Shown here: piece after piece, positions 28,729-39,069 of the stretch
Layout: every line of letters begins with the position of its first letter
Position numbering within the stretch: the first letter of the stretch is position 1
Source of the DNA: Candidatus Omnitrophota bacterium
GTDB lineage: Bacteria > Omnitrophota > Gorgyraeia > Zapsychrales > Fredricksoniimonadaceae
Direction: 5' to 3'
Assembly (NCBI GenBank): GCA_013285735.1
Contig: JABDGZ010000007.1
Location: 1-53,630, forward strand
Length of the DNA: 53,630 bases
Notes under the pieces: generated by a model
The model's input: only the letters and a program-made list of their open reading frames with translations
Database searches by the model: none
What the model was told of the DNA's origin: nothing
Translations under genes and position numbers: made by a program

Positions 28729-30092
28729 TTGACCTCCGTCAAAACAAAGGCTTCGCGTTAACCTTCACCCTGATATTCATGTTTTTAGTTGTCTCCTTCA
28801 TGGCGGTGTATGTTTTTGTTGTTAGCAGCGGTCTGGCCTTGGCCAACCGGACGGCGAATGAAAAAAAAGCCTACTACATCGCTGATGCAGGACTTGCAGA
28901 CGCTTATGAACGCATAACGCAGTCTGGTGTCAACACCATCCCAACGACTAATTCTTATATCCCATCATCAACTACCGACAATGGCATTTACTCGGTGGGA
29001 TCAGTTACCGGCAGCTACACAGTATCCGTAGTGTATTCAAATTCACCCCGGACTAATTACACGATAATCTCGACTGGCACCTACGGTAATATTTCAAAAA
29101 CGTTACAGTTAAGAATGATCGGTGCAGCCATTTCGAAATATGCTTATTGGAGCCAAACAGAAATTAATCCTGCATTTGGAGGCCCCTTGTGGTGGGTCGG
29201 AGAACCTGGTTTGGAAATGTTAACCACCGGGCCTGTACAAACGAACGGAGCACTCAATATCTTTGGTAATCCCATTTTTAACGGAGCAGTAACAGAAGCT
29301 GGGGCGAGCCCTAACTATTACCCGGGGGTCTCAAGTGATCCCAGCATCATTTTCCCTGCAGGCCTGACAAATAATGCCCCTACTATTAATTTACCACCCC
29401 AACAAACTTTAAATGCTATTGAAACAATAGCGTCTGATGGTTCTGGGTTGGTTTTAACCGGCGCCAGCACGGTCATCTTCAACCCTACCGGGACAATTAC
29501 TGTAACCGGAGTTGTAAAAAATTCCCAAGGCACTGTTACAACGACCTATAACAATACAACCATGAGCCCTCCGGCTAATGGTGTCATTTACGTGCAAAGC
29601 AATCAAGGACAGCAAGATGGTAATGTCACCGTGCAGGGAACTGTCAACGGTCAGCTAACAGTTGCTGCCGACCAAAATATTGATGTCTCAGGCAGTGTTT
29701 CCTACAATAACGACCCCAGGATAAATCCTTCCAGCACAGATTTACTGGGTTTAGTGGCCAATCAAAATATCACTATCATTGAAGCTTCTGCCCCCACCCA
29801 GCTGGAAATGTCTGCTGTCATGGTAGCACTTCAAGGTTCATTTCAAGTGGACCAGTGGTGGGTTTATAGAGGCAACTCTTCAACAGCGGTCATGGATCAA
29901 TTTGGCAGCTTAATCAATTATGTTTGCGGGGCAACAGGCGAAATGGACATGTCTGGAAATTTATTAGGCGGATGGAATCAAATACAAACTTATGATACAA
30001 GGCTTTCGACGCTGGCTCCTCCGGGATTTCCCCCTTATGTCAATAATGCGGGAGACGGGGTCTATACCAAATTAGGTATCACGGAATTATAA
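28725..30092 (+). CDS. PilX-like minor pilin with large beta-rich domain
   Basis: NKG|FALTF (no Glu5), KAYYIADAGL, GPVQTNG and YDTRL...PPGFP. Confidence 0.8.
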   Translation: MIDLRQNKGFALTFTLIFMFLVVSFMAVYVFVVSSGLALANRTANEKKAYYIADAGLADAYERITQSGVNTIPTTNSYIPSSTTDNGIYSVGSVTGSYTVSVVYSNSPRTNYTIISTGTYGNISKTLQLRMIGAAISKYAYWSQTEINPAFGGPLWWVGEPGLEMLTTGPVQTNGALNIFGNPIFNGAVTEAGASPNYYPGVSSDPSIIFPAGLTNNAPTINLPPQQTLNAIETIASDGSGLVLTGASTVIFNPTGTITVTGVVKNSQGTVTTTYNNTTMSPPANGVIYVQSNQGQQDGNVTVQGTVNGQLTVAADQNIDVSGSVSYNNDPRINPSSTDLLGLVANQNITIIEASAPTQLEMSAVMVALQGSFQVDQWWVYRGNSSTAVMDQFGSLINYVCGATGEMDMSGNLLGGWNQIQTYDTRLSTLAPPGFPPYVNNAGDGVYTKLGITEL

Positions 30093-30112
30093 GGTACTTA
30101 CAGGAGTATGCT

Positions 30113-31051
30113 ATGAAGAAGAAAAAATTGCCGCTGATAAAATGGATACTGGGGATTCCAATCATCCTGCTGGCCTTATCATTTTGCACGTACCAGACAT
30201 CCCAATATATCGAAATCCCTAAGATCTCCAATATTTCATCTCATCGTAATTTCTTTGAATTCCTGGAATATTTGATAGGCATACAAAACCAAGGCCCATC
30301 GTCCAGCGAGTCTTCCAGCGATAACAACGTATCCAATCCAAACAATTCAAATTCTTTGCAGGCAAAAAATGCTACTACAGCGAATCAACAAAATTCTAAT
30401 TCAATGACAGCCGCAAATTCATCGACGGCGCAAGGATCTGGCTTGGCCCAGCAGGGAAATAATGCCGGAAACAACACCTTGGGAATTAATCCGGAAAATA
30501 ACTCGGAATTAAATGCAGGGAACTCTGTCGAACTTAACGCAGAAAATAATCCCGGCAACAATCTTCTGAATAATTCAGAAACCAACGCAGACCAAGAAAC
30601 AGGGAGTAACACAGACAACAACCCTGACAATAACCCGTCAAATAATGCCCCGAGTAACGAAGAAACTGGTTCAGGGAACAACCCAGGTGACAACTCAGGA
30701 GCTGGTTTAGGAAACAATTCGGGAAATAACCCAGGTGATAACTCCGGAGGTGGTACAGGTGGTAATTCAGGAAGTAGTTCAGGAAATAATAATCAAAGCA
30801 ATCTTCCTACTATCAATCCTATACCATCAGATGATCAAGTTTCACAAAGCATCGCAAAACAGAATCAACAAGGTGATTCGCTGGCGGCTTTGGTCGCAGC
30901 CCGCCAAGCGCTTGTTATCCCTGTCCAGCAACAAGCTCAAGCTTCAAAATACCAAACAGTTGACCCAGCAAATATCCCGGCTCCCAGCTCAAATCAACCC
31001 CCTTCTGATGTAGAGGCAAAAGTACAAGCCAAGCAATTAACATTTCATTAA
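30113..31051 (+). CDS. Membrane-anchored N/S/G-rich low-complexity protein
   Basis: Basic N-terminus plus hydrophobic helix, repeated GNNPGDNSG units, Q/P-rich C-terminus. Confidence 0.7.
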   Translation: MKKKKLPLIKWILGIPIILLALSFCTYQTSQYIEIPKISNISSHRNFFEFLEYLIGIQNQGPSSSESSSDNNVSNPNNSNSLQAKNATTANQQNSNSMTAANSSTAQGSGLAQQGNNAGNNTLGINPENNSELNAGNSVELNAENNPGNNLLNNSETNADQETGSNTDNNPDNNPSNNAPSNEETGSGNNPGDNSGAGLGNNSGNNPGDNSGGGTGGNSGSSSGNNNQSNLPTINPIPSDDQVSQSIAKQNQQGDSLAALVAARQALVIPVQQQAQASKYQTVDPANIPAPSSNQPPSDVEAKVQAKQLTFH

Positions 31052-31142
31052 ACTTTTTGAAGAAAATTTTTGGATTTATGTGATATACTCATGGATGTTT
31101 AAAATTTAAAAGTTTTCATAAAATATTCCTAAGGACAGACTT

Positions 31143-33650
31143 ATGATGAAAAATCGTGTATTTAAATTTATCCGGGTGTACTGGAAAGGCATTTTAATCT
31201 ATGCACTCGCTGCGGCCTTGGTAAGCTTCCTCATCATTTTTATGTATTACGGCGGGTCCAGCTTCTTTGGCATGGAAGGCTTTTACCGCAAGAACATGAT
31301 GGCCCAAATGGGCATTTATTTGGTGGTCTTTCTGGTCATCAGCGTCATCCAAGCCGTACTCTTCTCTTATTTCCAAATGTATTTCATGATGGGCGGCGGC
31401 ATGTCCAAGATGCTAAGCAAAGACAGCGCCGAGACCGCCAAAGCAGATATCAAATGGGATGATGTTATTGGCATGGAAAATGCCAAGCGCGATGCCTGGG
31501 AAATCGTTCAATTCATTAAAGACGCGAGCAAGGTCAAAGCCATGGGCGGCACCATGATCAAAGGTGTTTTGATGGTGGGCCCTCCAGGCTGCGGTAAGAC
31601 CTACTTGGCCAAGGCCATGGCCTCTGAATGCAAATTGCCCTTCCTATCCGCAGTAGGCAGTGAATTTGTGGCGATCTTTATGGGAATGGGTGCCGCACGC
31701 ATCAAGTCGTTATTTAAAAAAGCCCGTCAATTAGCATCTCTCGAAGGTGGTTGTATTATCTTCATCGATGAGATCGATGCCTTTGCTACCCCTCGCAGTG
31801 AAGATGCAGGATTTGGCGGCGGTGGTAATATTTCGCACAATGCTACCATCAATCAATTCCTCACTGAACTTGACGGACTTAGAAAGCGTGAAAATCATAT
31901 CGTCGTTATTGCTGCTACTAATATGCCCCCGGAAAAAATGGACCCCGCCATCATGCGCTCAGGCCGTTTTGACCGCAAGATTTCTATTGAAAAACCCACG
32001 GCTAAAGAACGTGAAGCTTTGATAAGCTATTACCTTAAGAAAGTTGTTTGTGATGCCACGATCGATGTCCCTCTCATCGCCGAAAAAGCCCAATGGTTTT
32101 CTCCGGCAGACATCCATAATATGGTGCGCGAGGCCAGTGTCCTGGTCATGCGCGACCGGCGTTCCAACATCACGCAGGAAGATATGTTAAAGTCCATGAA
32201 TGATGTCATGGTCAATTTGGAAAAGACTGGCGAAGAAAAAATCCTTTCTAACAAAGTCAATGTCAAATGGAATGAAGTTATTGGGATGACCAATGCCAAG
32301 GAAGAAGCCTGGGAGCTGGTAGAGCTTTTGAAAGATCGCAACCGCATCAAAAGTGTTGGCGGAAAAATCGTCAAAGGTATTTTATTATTAGGTCCTCCGG
32401 GCTGCGGTAAAACTTATTTAGCCAAGGCCATGGCCACTGAATCTGGCTTTCCATTCATATCAGCCATGGGCAGTGACCTCGTCGGCATTTATGTCGGCGA
32501 AGGTGCTAAAAAGATGAAAAATATTTTTAAAGAAGCCCGTCAATTGGCCAAGGCTGAAGGCGGATGCATTGTGTTCTTTGATGAGATCGATACCTTTGCC
32601 ACCCATCGTGTTGAAGAACGCGGCTATGGCGGCGGGATCTCACATAATGCCACCATCAATCAATTCTTAATGGAAATTGACGGCCTGCGCCAACAGGAAA
32701 ATAATATCGTAATCATCGCCGCCACCAACCTTTCTGAAAACAAACTGGATCCAGCCATTTTACGTGCCGGACGCATTGAACGAAAAATTTACGTAGGGCT
32801 TCCCAATCTCCAGGAGAGGGTCGACCTATTCAAATACTACCTGACAAAGGTCACCACCGACGCATCCGTTGACCCTGTATTGCTTGGCCGCAAAACCCTA
32901 TGGTTTTCCCCTTCAGACATCGACAGCATGATCCGTGAGGCTGGGCTTATCAGCCTTCGGGACAAGAGGGATGCCATTAATAACAAAGACCTCTCTGATG
33001 CCTACGACCGTATCCTTTATGGCGCTAAAAACAACACCATTTTAAGCCCAGCAGAAAAAGAATGGGTGGCCTATCACGAAGCAGGTCATGCGATCATCGG
33101 GTTTATGCTACATCCGACTGATGATGTTATCAAAGCCACCATTATCCCGCGCAAAAGTTCCCTTGGTTTTGTCGCCCCGCGGCCGCGGGAAGAAGTCCAT
33201 ATTCATAAAAAAGAATGGTTCCTAGCCAAAATCAAGGTTTGCTTGGCTAGTTATGCGGCTGAAACTATTAAATACGGCACCACTGGCAGTGGTGTAGGCG
33301 GCGGCCCAGGCAGCGATTTTTACACCGCCACCTCTTTGGCCTATGATATGGTATGGCACTATGGGATGGGTAAATCTAAAATCATCGGGGACATGAACCA
33401 ACTTGTAACCAATTACGGCCAGAACTTTATGTCGGAAAAAACCAAAGAAATCCTTAATGACGATGTTCAGAGCATCCTGCAGGAGTGTTTATTAGCAGCC
33501 TCTGAAACCCTCAATAATAACCGCCAACTACTGGACTATTTCGCCCAAGAGCTTTTAGCCAAAGGTGAATTAGAATATGATGAAATTGAAGCTATTTTCC
33601 AAAAATTCGGCATTAAACCCACCTCACGCCCGATCTTGGCCGCTTCCTAA
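31143..33650 (+). CDS. FtsH-like M41 zinc metalloprotease with two tandem AAA+ domains
   Basis: Two TM helices, two GPPGCGKT Walker A, IFIDEID/FFDEID Walker B, DPAIMRSGRFDR/DPAILRAGRIER, then AYHEAGH. Confidence 0.9.
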   Translation: MMKNRVFKFIRVYWKGILIYALAAALVSFLIIFMYYGGSSFFGMEGFYRKNMMAQMGIYLVVFLVISVIQAVLFSYFQMYFMMGGGMSKMLSKDSAETAKADIKWDDVIGMENAKRDAWEIVQFIKDASKVKAMGGTMIKGVLMVGPPGCGKTYLAKAMASECKLPFLSAVGSEFVAIFMGMGAARIKSLFKKARQLASLEGGCIIFIDEIDAFATPRSEDAGFGGGGNISHNATINQFLTELDGLRKRENHIVVIAATNMPPEKMDPAIMRSGRFDRKISIEKPTAKEREALISYYLKKVVCDATIDVPLIAEKAQWFSPADIHNMVREASVLVMRDRRSNITQEDMLKSMNDVMVNLEKTGEEKILSNKVNVKWNEVIGMTNAKEEAWELVELLKDRNRIKSVGGKIVKGILLLGPPGCGKTYLAKAMATESGFPFISAMGSDLVGIYVGEGAKKMKNIFKEARQLAKAEGGCIVFFDEIDTFATHRVEERGYGGGISHNATINQFLMEIDGLRQQENNIVIIAATNLSENKLDPAILRAGRIERKIYVGLPNLQERVDLFKYYLTKVTTDASVDPVLLGRKTLWFSPSDIDSMIREAGLISLRDKRDAINNKDLSDAYDRILYGAKNNTILSPAEKEWVAYHEAGHAIIGFMLHPTDDVIKATIIPRKSSLGFVAPRPREEVHIHKKEWFLAKIKVCLASYAAETIKYGTTGSGVGGGPGSDFYTATSLAYDMVWHYGMGKSKIIGDMNQLVTNYGQNFMSEKTKEILNDDVQSILQECLLAASETLNNNRQLLDYFAQELLAKGELEYDEIEAIFQKFGIKPTSRPILAAS

Positions 33651-34614
33651 AGCTGCACTGGCTTGTACGCTGCTCTTGTGTACGCTCAGCCTGGGTGGAT
33701 GTACGTCTAAAAAAATTGTCCTCCCCCGTCCAGCTCCAACGGATTTACAAAAAAAATTCGAGCTCAAATGCAGCAAAGACTACAAGCTCAATGTTATTAC
33801 CCGGCTGGTCGGAAAAACCTTCTGGATCTACGCGCCGACCGATAAGCCGCTTTTTGATTTTGCGGCTGAAAGCGCCTCTCCGCCGGACCCTCTCAAAAAA
33901 CCAGCCAAATATGATCTCCTTTATGTCGATGGCTCATTTAAAGACAACTCATTTAATTTTGAATATGACGTCATCCCCAAGATTAAATCTGATATGTCCA
34001 ACGAAGGGATACGCAACGAAGGCACGGATTATTTTAATAAACTTTATAATAATTTATTTACCGCTGTCACTGAAACCCTGCTGGACCCCCAAACACCTAT
34101 TTCTTTTGTGGTGATGTCCATCACGGATATCAAAAAAGGCATCGAAGCCCGTTACACTTTCTATTTAGAAGACTACCGCATGGCTTCAGTGGAAGGCATT
34201 CCCTACGATGAATTCAGCAAACGCGTCCTGCAGGAATCAAAAGGCAGTACCGATTATATTGGCGATGAGATTGGCCAGCATTTGGAATACAATGATATCT
34301 ATATGCCTGATTTTCTCACCAAACAAATGATCAATCGTATCCGTTTTAAATTCACCCAAAGTGATTTTCCGCCCCAGGAAAATTATGAAGAAGCTATTAT
34401 TGGTGTTATTGCCGACACCACCCGTTATTATCATTTTAAAGATTTCAAGGACGTGCGTACCGATGATATCCGCAGCAAAAAGAAAATGATTTTCACTCCT
34501 CAACAACTGAGCTTTTTTGGTGATGATAAGCCTAAAGACCAAGACTCAAAACAAAACGGCAAGCTTATCCACATTATCTTTGAAGACGGCAAAACCACCT
34601 TCAAAGATCAATAG
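33577..34614 (+). CDS. Putative lipoprotein, unknown function
   Basis: Hydrophobic signal ending LGG|C. Overlaps the end of the FtsH-like gene, so the start is uncertain. Confidence 0.6.
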   Translation: MMKLKLFSKNSALNPPHARSWPLPKAALACTLLLCTLSLGGCTSKKIVLPRPAPTDLQKKFELKCSKDYKLNVITRLVGKTFWIYAPTDKPLFDFAAESASPPDPLKKPAKYDLLYVDGSFKDNSFNFEYDVIPKIKSDMSNEGIRNEGTDYFNKLYNNLFTAVTETLLDPQTPISFVVMSITDIKKGIEARYTFYLEDYRMASVEGIPYDEFSKRVLQESKGSTDYIGDEIGQHLEYNDIYMPDFLTKQMINRIRFKFTQSDFPPQENYEEAIIGVIADTTRYYHFKDFKDVRTDDIRSKKKMIFTPQQLSFFGDDKPKDQDSKQNGKLIHIIFEDGKTTFKDQ

Positions 34615-35200
34615 CTTTCCCATTTCCTATCTCTACATGACCGCGGGCAAAGAGATCAATCACTTCGGGATAAATGCGGTGCTCAAGCTTGTGAATTTTT
34701 TCTTCGAGGGATTCCAATGTGTCATGAGGTTCAATGGGCAAGCTCTCCTGCTTAATAATTGGCCCTGCATCCATTTCTTCAACAACAATATGTACCGTGA
34801 CTCCTGTCACCGCGACGCTATGCTCAAAGGCGTCCTTGATAGCATGGGCGCCTTTAAAATCAGGAAGCAGCGACGGATGGATATTAAGGATTTTATTCGG
34901 GTACTGCCCGATAAAATAACCACTAAGCAATCTCATATACCCTGCTAAAACAACAAAATCTATGTTGAATTCGCGTAAACGTTCAACAACAGCACGATCA
35001 AATGATTCGCGATCTTGAAAATCTTTGGGGCTAATAAAAACATCAGGTATCCCTGCCTGACGGGCATGCTCGAGGGCATACGCGTCTTTTTTATCGGAAA
35101 CCACGACTTTAAGATCCGCCTTGATCTTTCCGGCTTTAATAGCTTCAATGATCGCCTGTAAATTACTGCCGCGTCCTGACGCTAAAACCGCGAAATTCAT
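34601..35200 (-). CDS. purN: Phosphoribosylglycinamide formyltransferase
   Basis: AVLASGRGSNLQA, VLAGYMRLL, LNIHPSLLP, GVTVH and DAGPII. Confidence 0.97.
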   Translation of the reverse strand: MNFAVLASGRGSNLQAIIEAIKAGKIKADLKVVVSDKKDAYALEHARQAGIPDVFISPKDFQDRESFDRAVVERLREFNIDFVVLAGYMRLLSGYFIGQYPNKILNIHPSLLPDFKGAHAIKDAFEHSVAVTGVTVHIVVEEMDAGPIIKQESLPIEPHDTLESLEEKIHKLEHRIYPEVIDLFARGHVEIGNGKAIDL

Positions 35201-36450
35201 ACTGTCTCTCCTCTAAATTTAAATAATCCCACAACACCCACCACCATAAATACACCACCCACCGTAACTAAAATCCAAAGGCGGTCGATATGTTCCGATA
35301 AAAATGAGCTTACCATCATCGCGAGCAAAAAAGCCAAATACACGACAAATTCCAAGGCTGCAAAAACTTTTCCTGACATTTCCATAGCGCATATCTTATT
35401 GATCACCGTGCTGGGCGCAGACATCACAGGTCCAATCACAACCCCCAAGACAAAAGACAATACCAGTGCCCATAGGCGTTCATGCGTGGCCTGTACAACG
35501 CACGTAAACAGGACAACCATGGCGCCTCCCAAAATCAACGATGAAAAAATTATTTTATAGGCAGCGATCCTCTTGCCCCATTTCCCATAAGCCAAATTTC
35601 CCAAAAACAGCCCCACCGTCAAGGACACAGCTAAAAAGCCCAAATCCTTGGTAACGCTATGAAAGGCCTGCTGGATAAACACGATAATCACCACATAAAT
35701 CGCACCCACCGCAGCCAAGAGGATAAACATCATCCAGAATATAAATTTAATTTCCTTTTGGGAACGAATATACTGAATACCATCGACAATTTCATGCCAT
35801 ACGCTTTTTTCTACACTGATCATTTCCTTGGCACCCTTGATAATGGTCTTTTTATCCGGCAATCGACGGCGCAAGGCAGTGATAGAAAAAACCAGGGCTG
35901 CGGAGAGCAAATAACACACTGAGTCCCAGCAAAATCCGGCAAAAGAACCGGTACGCTCGACAATCCAAGACCCTAAAAGCACCCCTAATCCTCCGGCAAT
36001 CATACCCGTAATGGTCGACAGGGAATTGGCAATATGTAAATCATCTTGATGGACTATCTCTGGGATAAAAGACATTTTGGCTGGTATATAAAAACGGCTT
36101 AAAGAAGAGATGGCAAATACCACCACATACATAGGCCAAATAAAAGGCAATCGAATCAAATAAAAAGCAGCCGACAAAACAAGAATGCCCTGGATAAAAT
36201 ACGTGATAAAAAGAACGGTCCGTCTGTCCCAACGGTCAATATATACTCCCGCGATCGGCCCCAGGATAAATGCAGGGACAATACCAAAAGAAAACAACTT
36301 GGACATTTCCATCACAGACCCTGGATGAAGCGCCGTCATTAAACCTACCAGCGCCATTTGATAGACCCTGTCACCAAACTGAGAGATCAGCTGGGCAAAC
36401 CAGAACCGGAAAAAATCACGGCTTTTTTTATCACAGATAAAATACCACAT
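35197..36450 (-). CDS. MFS transporter (DHA3/MFS_3-like)
   Basis: About 12 TM helices, AQLISQFGD, and AGVYIDRWDRR (motif A). Confidence 0.9.
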   Translation of the reverse strand: MWYFICDKKSRDFFRFWFAQLISQFGDRVYQMALVGLMTALHPGSVMEMSKLFSFGIVPAFILGPIAGVYIDRWDRRTVLFITYFIQGILVLSAAFYLIRLPFIWPMYVVVFAISSLSRFYIPAKMSFIPEIVHQDDLHIANSLSTITGMIAGGLGVLLGSWIVERTGSFAGFCWDSVCYLLSAALVFSITALRRRLPDKKTIIKGAKEMISVEKSVWHEIVDGIQYIRSQKEIKFIFWMMFILLAAVGAIYVVIIVFIQQAFHSVTKDLGFLAVSLTVGLFLGNLAYGKWGKRIAAYKIIFSSLILGGAMVVLFTCVVQATHERLWALVLSFVLGVVIGPVMSAPSTVINKICAMEMSGKVFAALEFVVYLAFLLAMMVSSFLSEHIDRLWILVTVGGVFMVVGVVGLFKFRGETV

Positions 36451-36455
36451 ATACT

Positions 36456-38216
36456 TTAACGATTCTCCATAGCAGTTAAGTGCCTTGAAGCAAAATCCCT
36501 TTGAAAATCAGTTAAATCATGAAGCGCTAATAATTTCTTATACGCCATCCTGGATGCTGGCCAATTTTGATCTACTTCATATAATGAACCCAAATTAAAC
36601 CAGGCATCTGTCTGGCTAGGATTTAAACCGACACTTTTGAGAAAGGCGTCAATGGCTTTGCTGTTTTGGCCAAGCTTGGCATAATAAATCCCTATCGCCA
36701 ACCACCCACGGGCATCAAAAAATTTTCCCTGACTTAACTGCTGACGGATTTGCGTCATAGTCAATTTTTCTTCTCGCTCAACCAGGGCTTTATCTTTACC
36801 TGGATCATAAACAACAAGCTGCTCCAGCCCTTCAATCCATTTGCCCTGTTGGCATAAAGCTGTACCTAAAGCGATGTGATAGGTTGGATTTAGAGGTGCT
36901 AACTTGATCGCTGTTCGAAAACGCTGCTCGGCATCAGGAATATCCTTCCTGAAAATGCTTAACATCCCCATTTCTGCCTGGACTCGCGGATTATTTGGTT
37001 CAAAGCTGAGGGAACGGTTGATCATGCTAAACTCATTCGCAGCATAGATGCTCTGCTCAACAGCAGTTAAAAATAAAAACACCAAAAATCCTCCAGCTAA
37101 AAACTTTAATACGAACGGATTTACAAAATTTTTCCTGTCATTATATTCAAACACCCATCGAAAAGCCATCACCATGCCTATAAAAACAGGGATGCAGGCT
37201 AAATATAAAAAATGTTCTGCCGTTGATATACGTCCCACACCGACCCCGATACTGGCTACTAATTGTGAGACCGGTAAAAGCTCGAAGGCAAACCACGCGA
37301 TCAAAAATAAAATAAAAGGTTTAATTTTCCGATAACAAAAAACAAAAATAATCAAAACTGTAACCCAACAAAAACAAGTCCCCAACGCCTGCGGTTCTTT
37401 CAACGACTGCATAAATGGCAAGCAGCGGTCATAATGTAAATCCACTGGAAAAATAAACAAACGTAAATCAGTAATGACTGAACGCAAAAATGACACAAAA
37501 CCTAAAATCAAAATAATTGGCTGGCTAGTCTGATGAACATTCGTAATACCGAAATACTGCCGTAAAAAAAGATATCCGGCGATCCCAATAAAAAAAGGCC
37601 AAAGGTATTTAAATTTTTGAGGCCAAGAGCAAGTTTTATCTATTGCCAGATACGCCATAACAACAAATGGAAGCATCCCCGCTGATTCTTTGCATAATAA
37701 ACCCAAAAAGAATGTGATCAAGGCCAAAAAACCAAAGAACAATCGACGATTTTTATAAAATTCCAAAAACAAGACAAAACTGCTTAACACAAAAAAGGCT
37801 CCTAGAAGTATGGACCTCCCAGGGATATTACAGACAGCCTCCCATTGCACCGGATGGATCACAAACAAAAGTCCTGTCCAGAAACCCATTGTATCATTAT
37901 TTGTCAGCCGCCACACCAGAAGAAACACCAAAAGAGCGTTTAAAATATGCAGAATGAGATTATCTAGATTATAGAAAAAAGAGTTATATCTAAAGGCTTG
38001 AAACTCGCCCATGAAACTCAAATTGATCAGGGGCCTGTAATACGATTGGTCATGGAAATACCCCTCTTTAAAAATTTCAGGGATATTCTTAGTGGATTTA
38101 ATCGCAGGGTTATCGACGATAGAGATACGATCGTCCATGATCCTAAACGGTGCTGGCAGCATGGAACCAAAAGCCAGAAACCCCAAAACAATAATGACGG
38201 CAGTACGTGCGAGCAT
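36456..38216 (-). CDS. TMTC/GT-C-like multi-TM protein with C-terminal TPRs
   Basis: DD...VDNP, YYRPL, N..LH..N, HPVQWEAV, KES and EHFLYL motifs, then TPR repeats. Confidence 0.85.
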   Translation of the reverse strand: MLARTAVIIVLGFLAFGSMLPAPFRIMDDRISIVDNPAIKSTKNIPEIFKEGYFHDQSYYRPLINLSFMGEFQAFRYNSFFYNLDNLILHILNALLVFLLVWRLTNNDTMGFWTGLLFVIHPVQWEAVCNIPGRSILLGAFFVLSSFVLFLEFYKNRRLFFGFLALITFFLGLLCKESAGMLPFVVMAYLAIDKTCSWPQKFKYLWPFFIGIAGYLFLRQYFGITNVHQTSQPIILILGFVSFLRSVITDLRLFIFPVDLHYDRCLPFMQSLKEPQALGTCFCWVTVLIIFVFCYRKIKPFILFLIAWFAFELLPVSQLVASIGVGVGRISTAEHFLYLACIPVFIGMVMAFRWVFEYNDRKNFVNPFVLKFLAGGFLVFLFLTAVEQSIYAANEFSMINRSLSFEPNNPRVQAEMGMLSIFRKDIPDAEQRFRTAIKLAPLNPTYHIALGTALCQQGKWIEGLEQLVVYDPGKDKALVEREEKLTMTQIRQQLSQGKFFDARGWLAIGIYYAKLGQNSKAIDAFLKSVGLNPSQTDAWFNLGSLYEVDQNWPASRMAYKKLLALHDLTDFQRDFASRHLTAMENR

Positions 38217-38239
38217 ATGGGAAGGCTAGAAAAATAAAA

Positions 38240-38312
38240 AGCTGGCGAGAGGGATCGAACCCCCGACCTGCGCATTACGAATGCGCTGCTCTACCAACTG
38301 AGCTACGCCAGC
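38240..38312 (-). tRNA. tRNA-Thr (CGT)
   Basis: GCTGGCGTAGCTCAGTTGGTAGAGCAGCGCATTCGTAATGCGCAGGTCGGGGGTTCGATCCCTCTCGCCAGCT. CCA not encoded. Confidence 0.95.
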
Positions 38313-38349
38313 GATTTAGAGAGTATTATATATCAGATGGATATGAAGT

Positions 38350-39069
38350 CTACTGATGTATCAATACAAATATACCAATAAGCAAAATCATACCTGAAAC
38401 GATTTTCTTAAAAAACTTCTCCGGAATCTTTCCCAAAGCAAATACCCCTAGCTCAGTTCCGATCAAAACACCCACCGCAGCAAACACGAGAAAAGGCCAA
38501 ATGTTTAATATTTCCTTCCACTGTGTTACGAAATAAACCGGCATGCGGGCGCAATCAACAGCCAGCGCAATACCCGTTGCCGTAGCCACAAACTCTTGTG
38601 GTTTAAGGTCAAAACCAAACATGGCTGCGGAACGAATCCCGCCCTGATTACCGACCAAGCCGCCAAACAGACCAGACAAGGCTCCAGCCATCCAGGCAAC
38701 TGGCCCCTTTAAGCGCCATTGTTGTGAAATTCCGGTCAACCCTGTAAAGCCTGCAAAAATTAATAACGAACCAAAAATAATGGTTAAAATGACATTCTGA
38801 AAAATATCATGAAACACAGCACCCAGCAATCCACCAACAGCGCTTGTAATACCAAAAGTCAAAAGAACTTGGCGATTGATGTATTGCTTCCATTTCCAAA
38901 ATCTAAAAGCCGTACCTAAAAAATGAACAATAGAAACCCCAGCAACGGCAATACCCGTACAGGTTTTAAATGCCAACAAAGGTGTCAAAAAACTACCTAT
39001 TCCAAAACCACATAGGGAAGCTACCCCTCCAGCTAAAATACCAACAAGCAGTAAGCTAATGTTAAACAT
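38350..39069 (-). CDS. TauE/SafE (TSUP) family transporter
   Basis: GFGIGSFLTPLL and GALSGLFGGLVGNQGG, about 8 TM helices. Confidence 0.88.
   Translation of the reverse strand: MFNISLLLVGILAGGVASLCGFGIGSFLTPLLAFKTCTGIAVAGVSIVHFLGTAFRFWKWKQYINRQVLLTFGITSAVGGLLGAVFHDIFQNVILTIIFGSLLIFAGFTGLTGISQQWRLKGPVAWMAGALSGLFGGLVGNQGGIRSAAMFGFDLKPQEFVATATGIALAVDCARMPVYFVTQWKEILNIWPFLVFAAVGVLIGTELGVFALGKIPEKFFKKIVSGMILLIGIFVLIHQ

Noticed and set aside
38027-38275. 82-aa ORF and other short antisense or overlapping ORFs in the track (e.g. 26769-27221, 39181-39624, 40347-40859)
   Set aside because: They overlap tRNA-Thr or well-supported genes, so they are treated as shadow ORFs.
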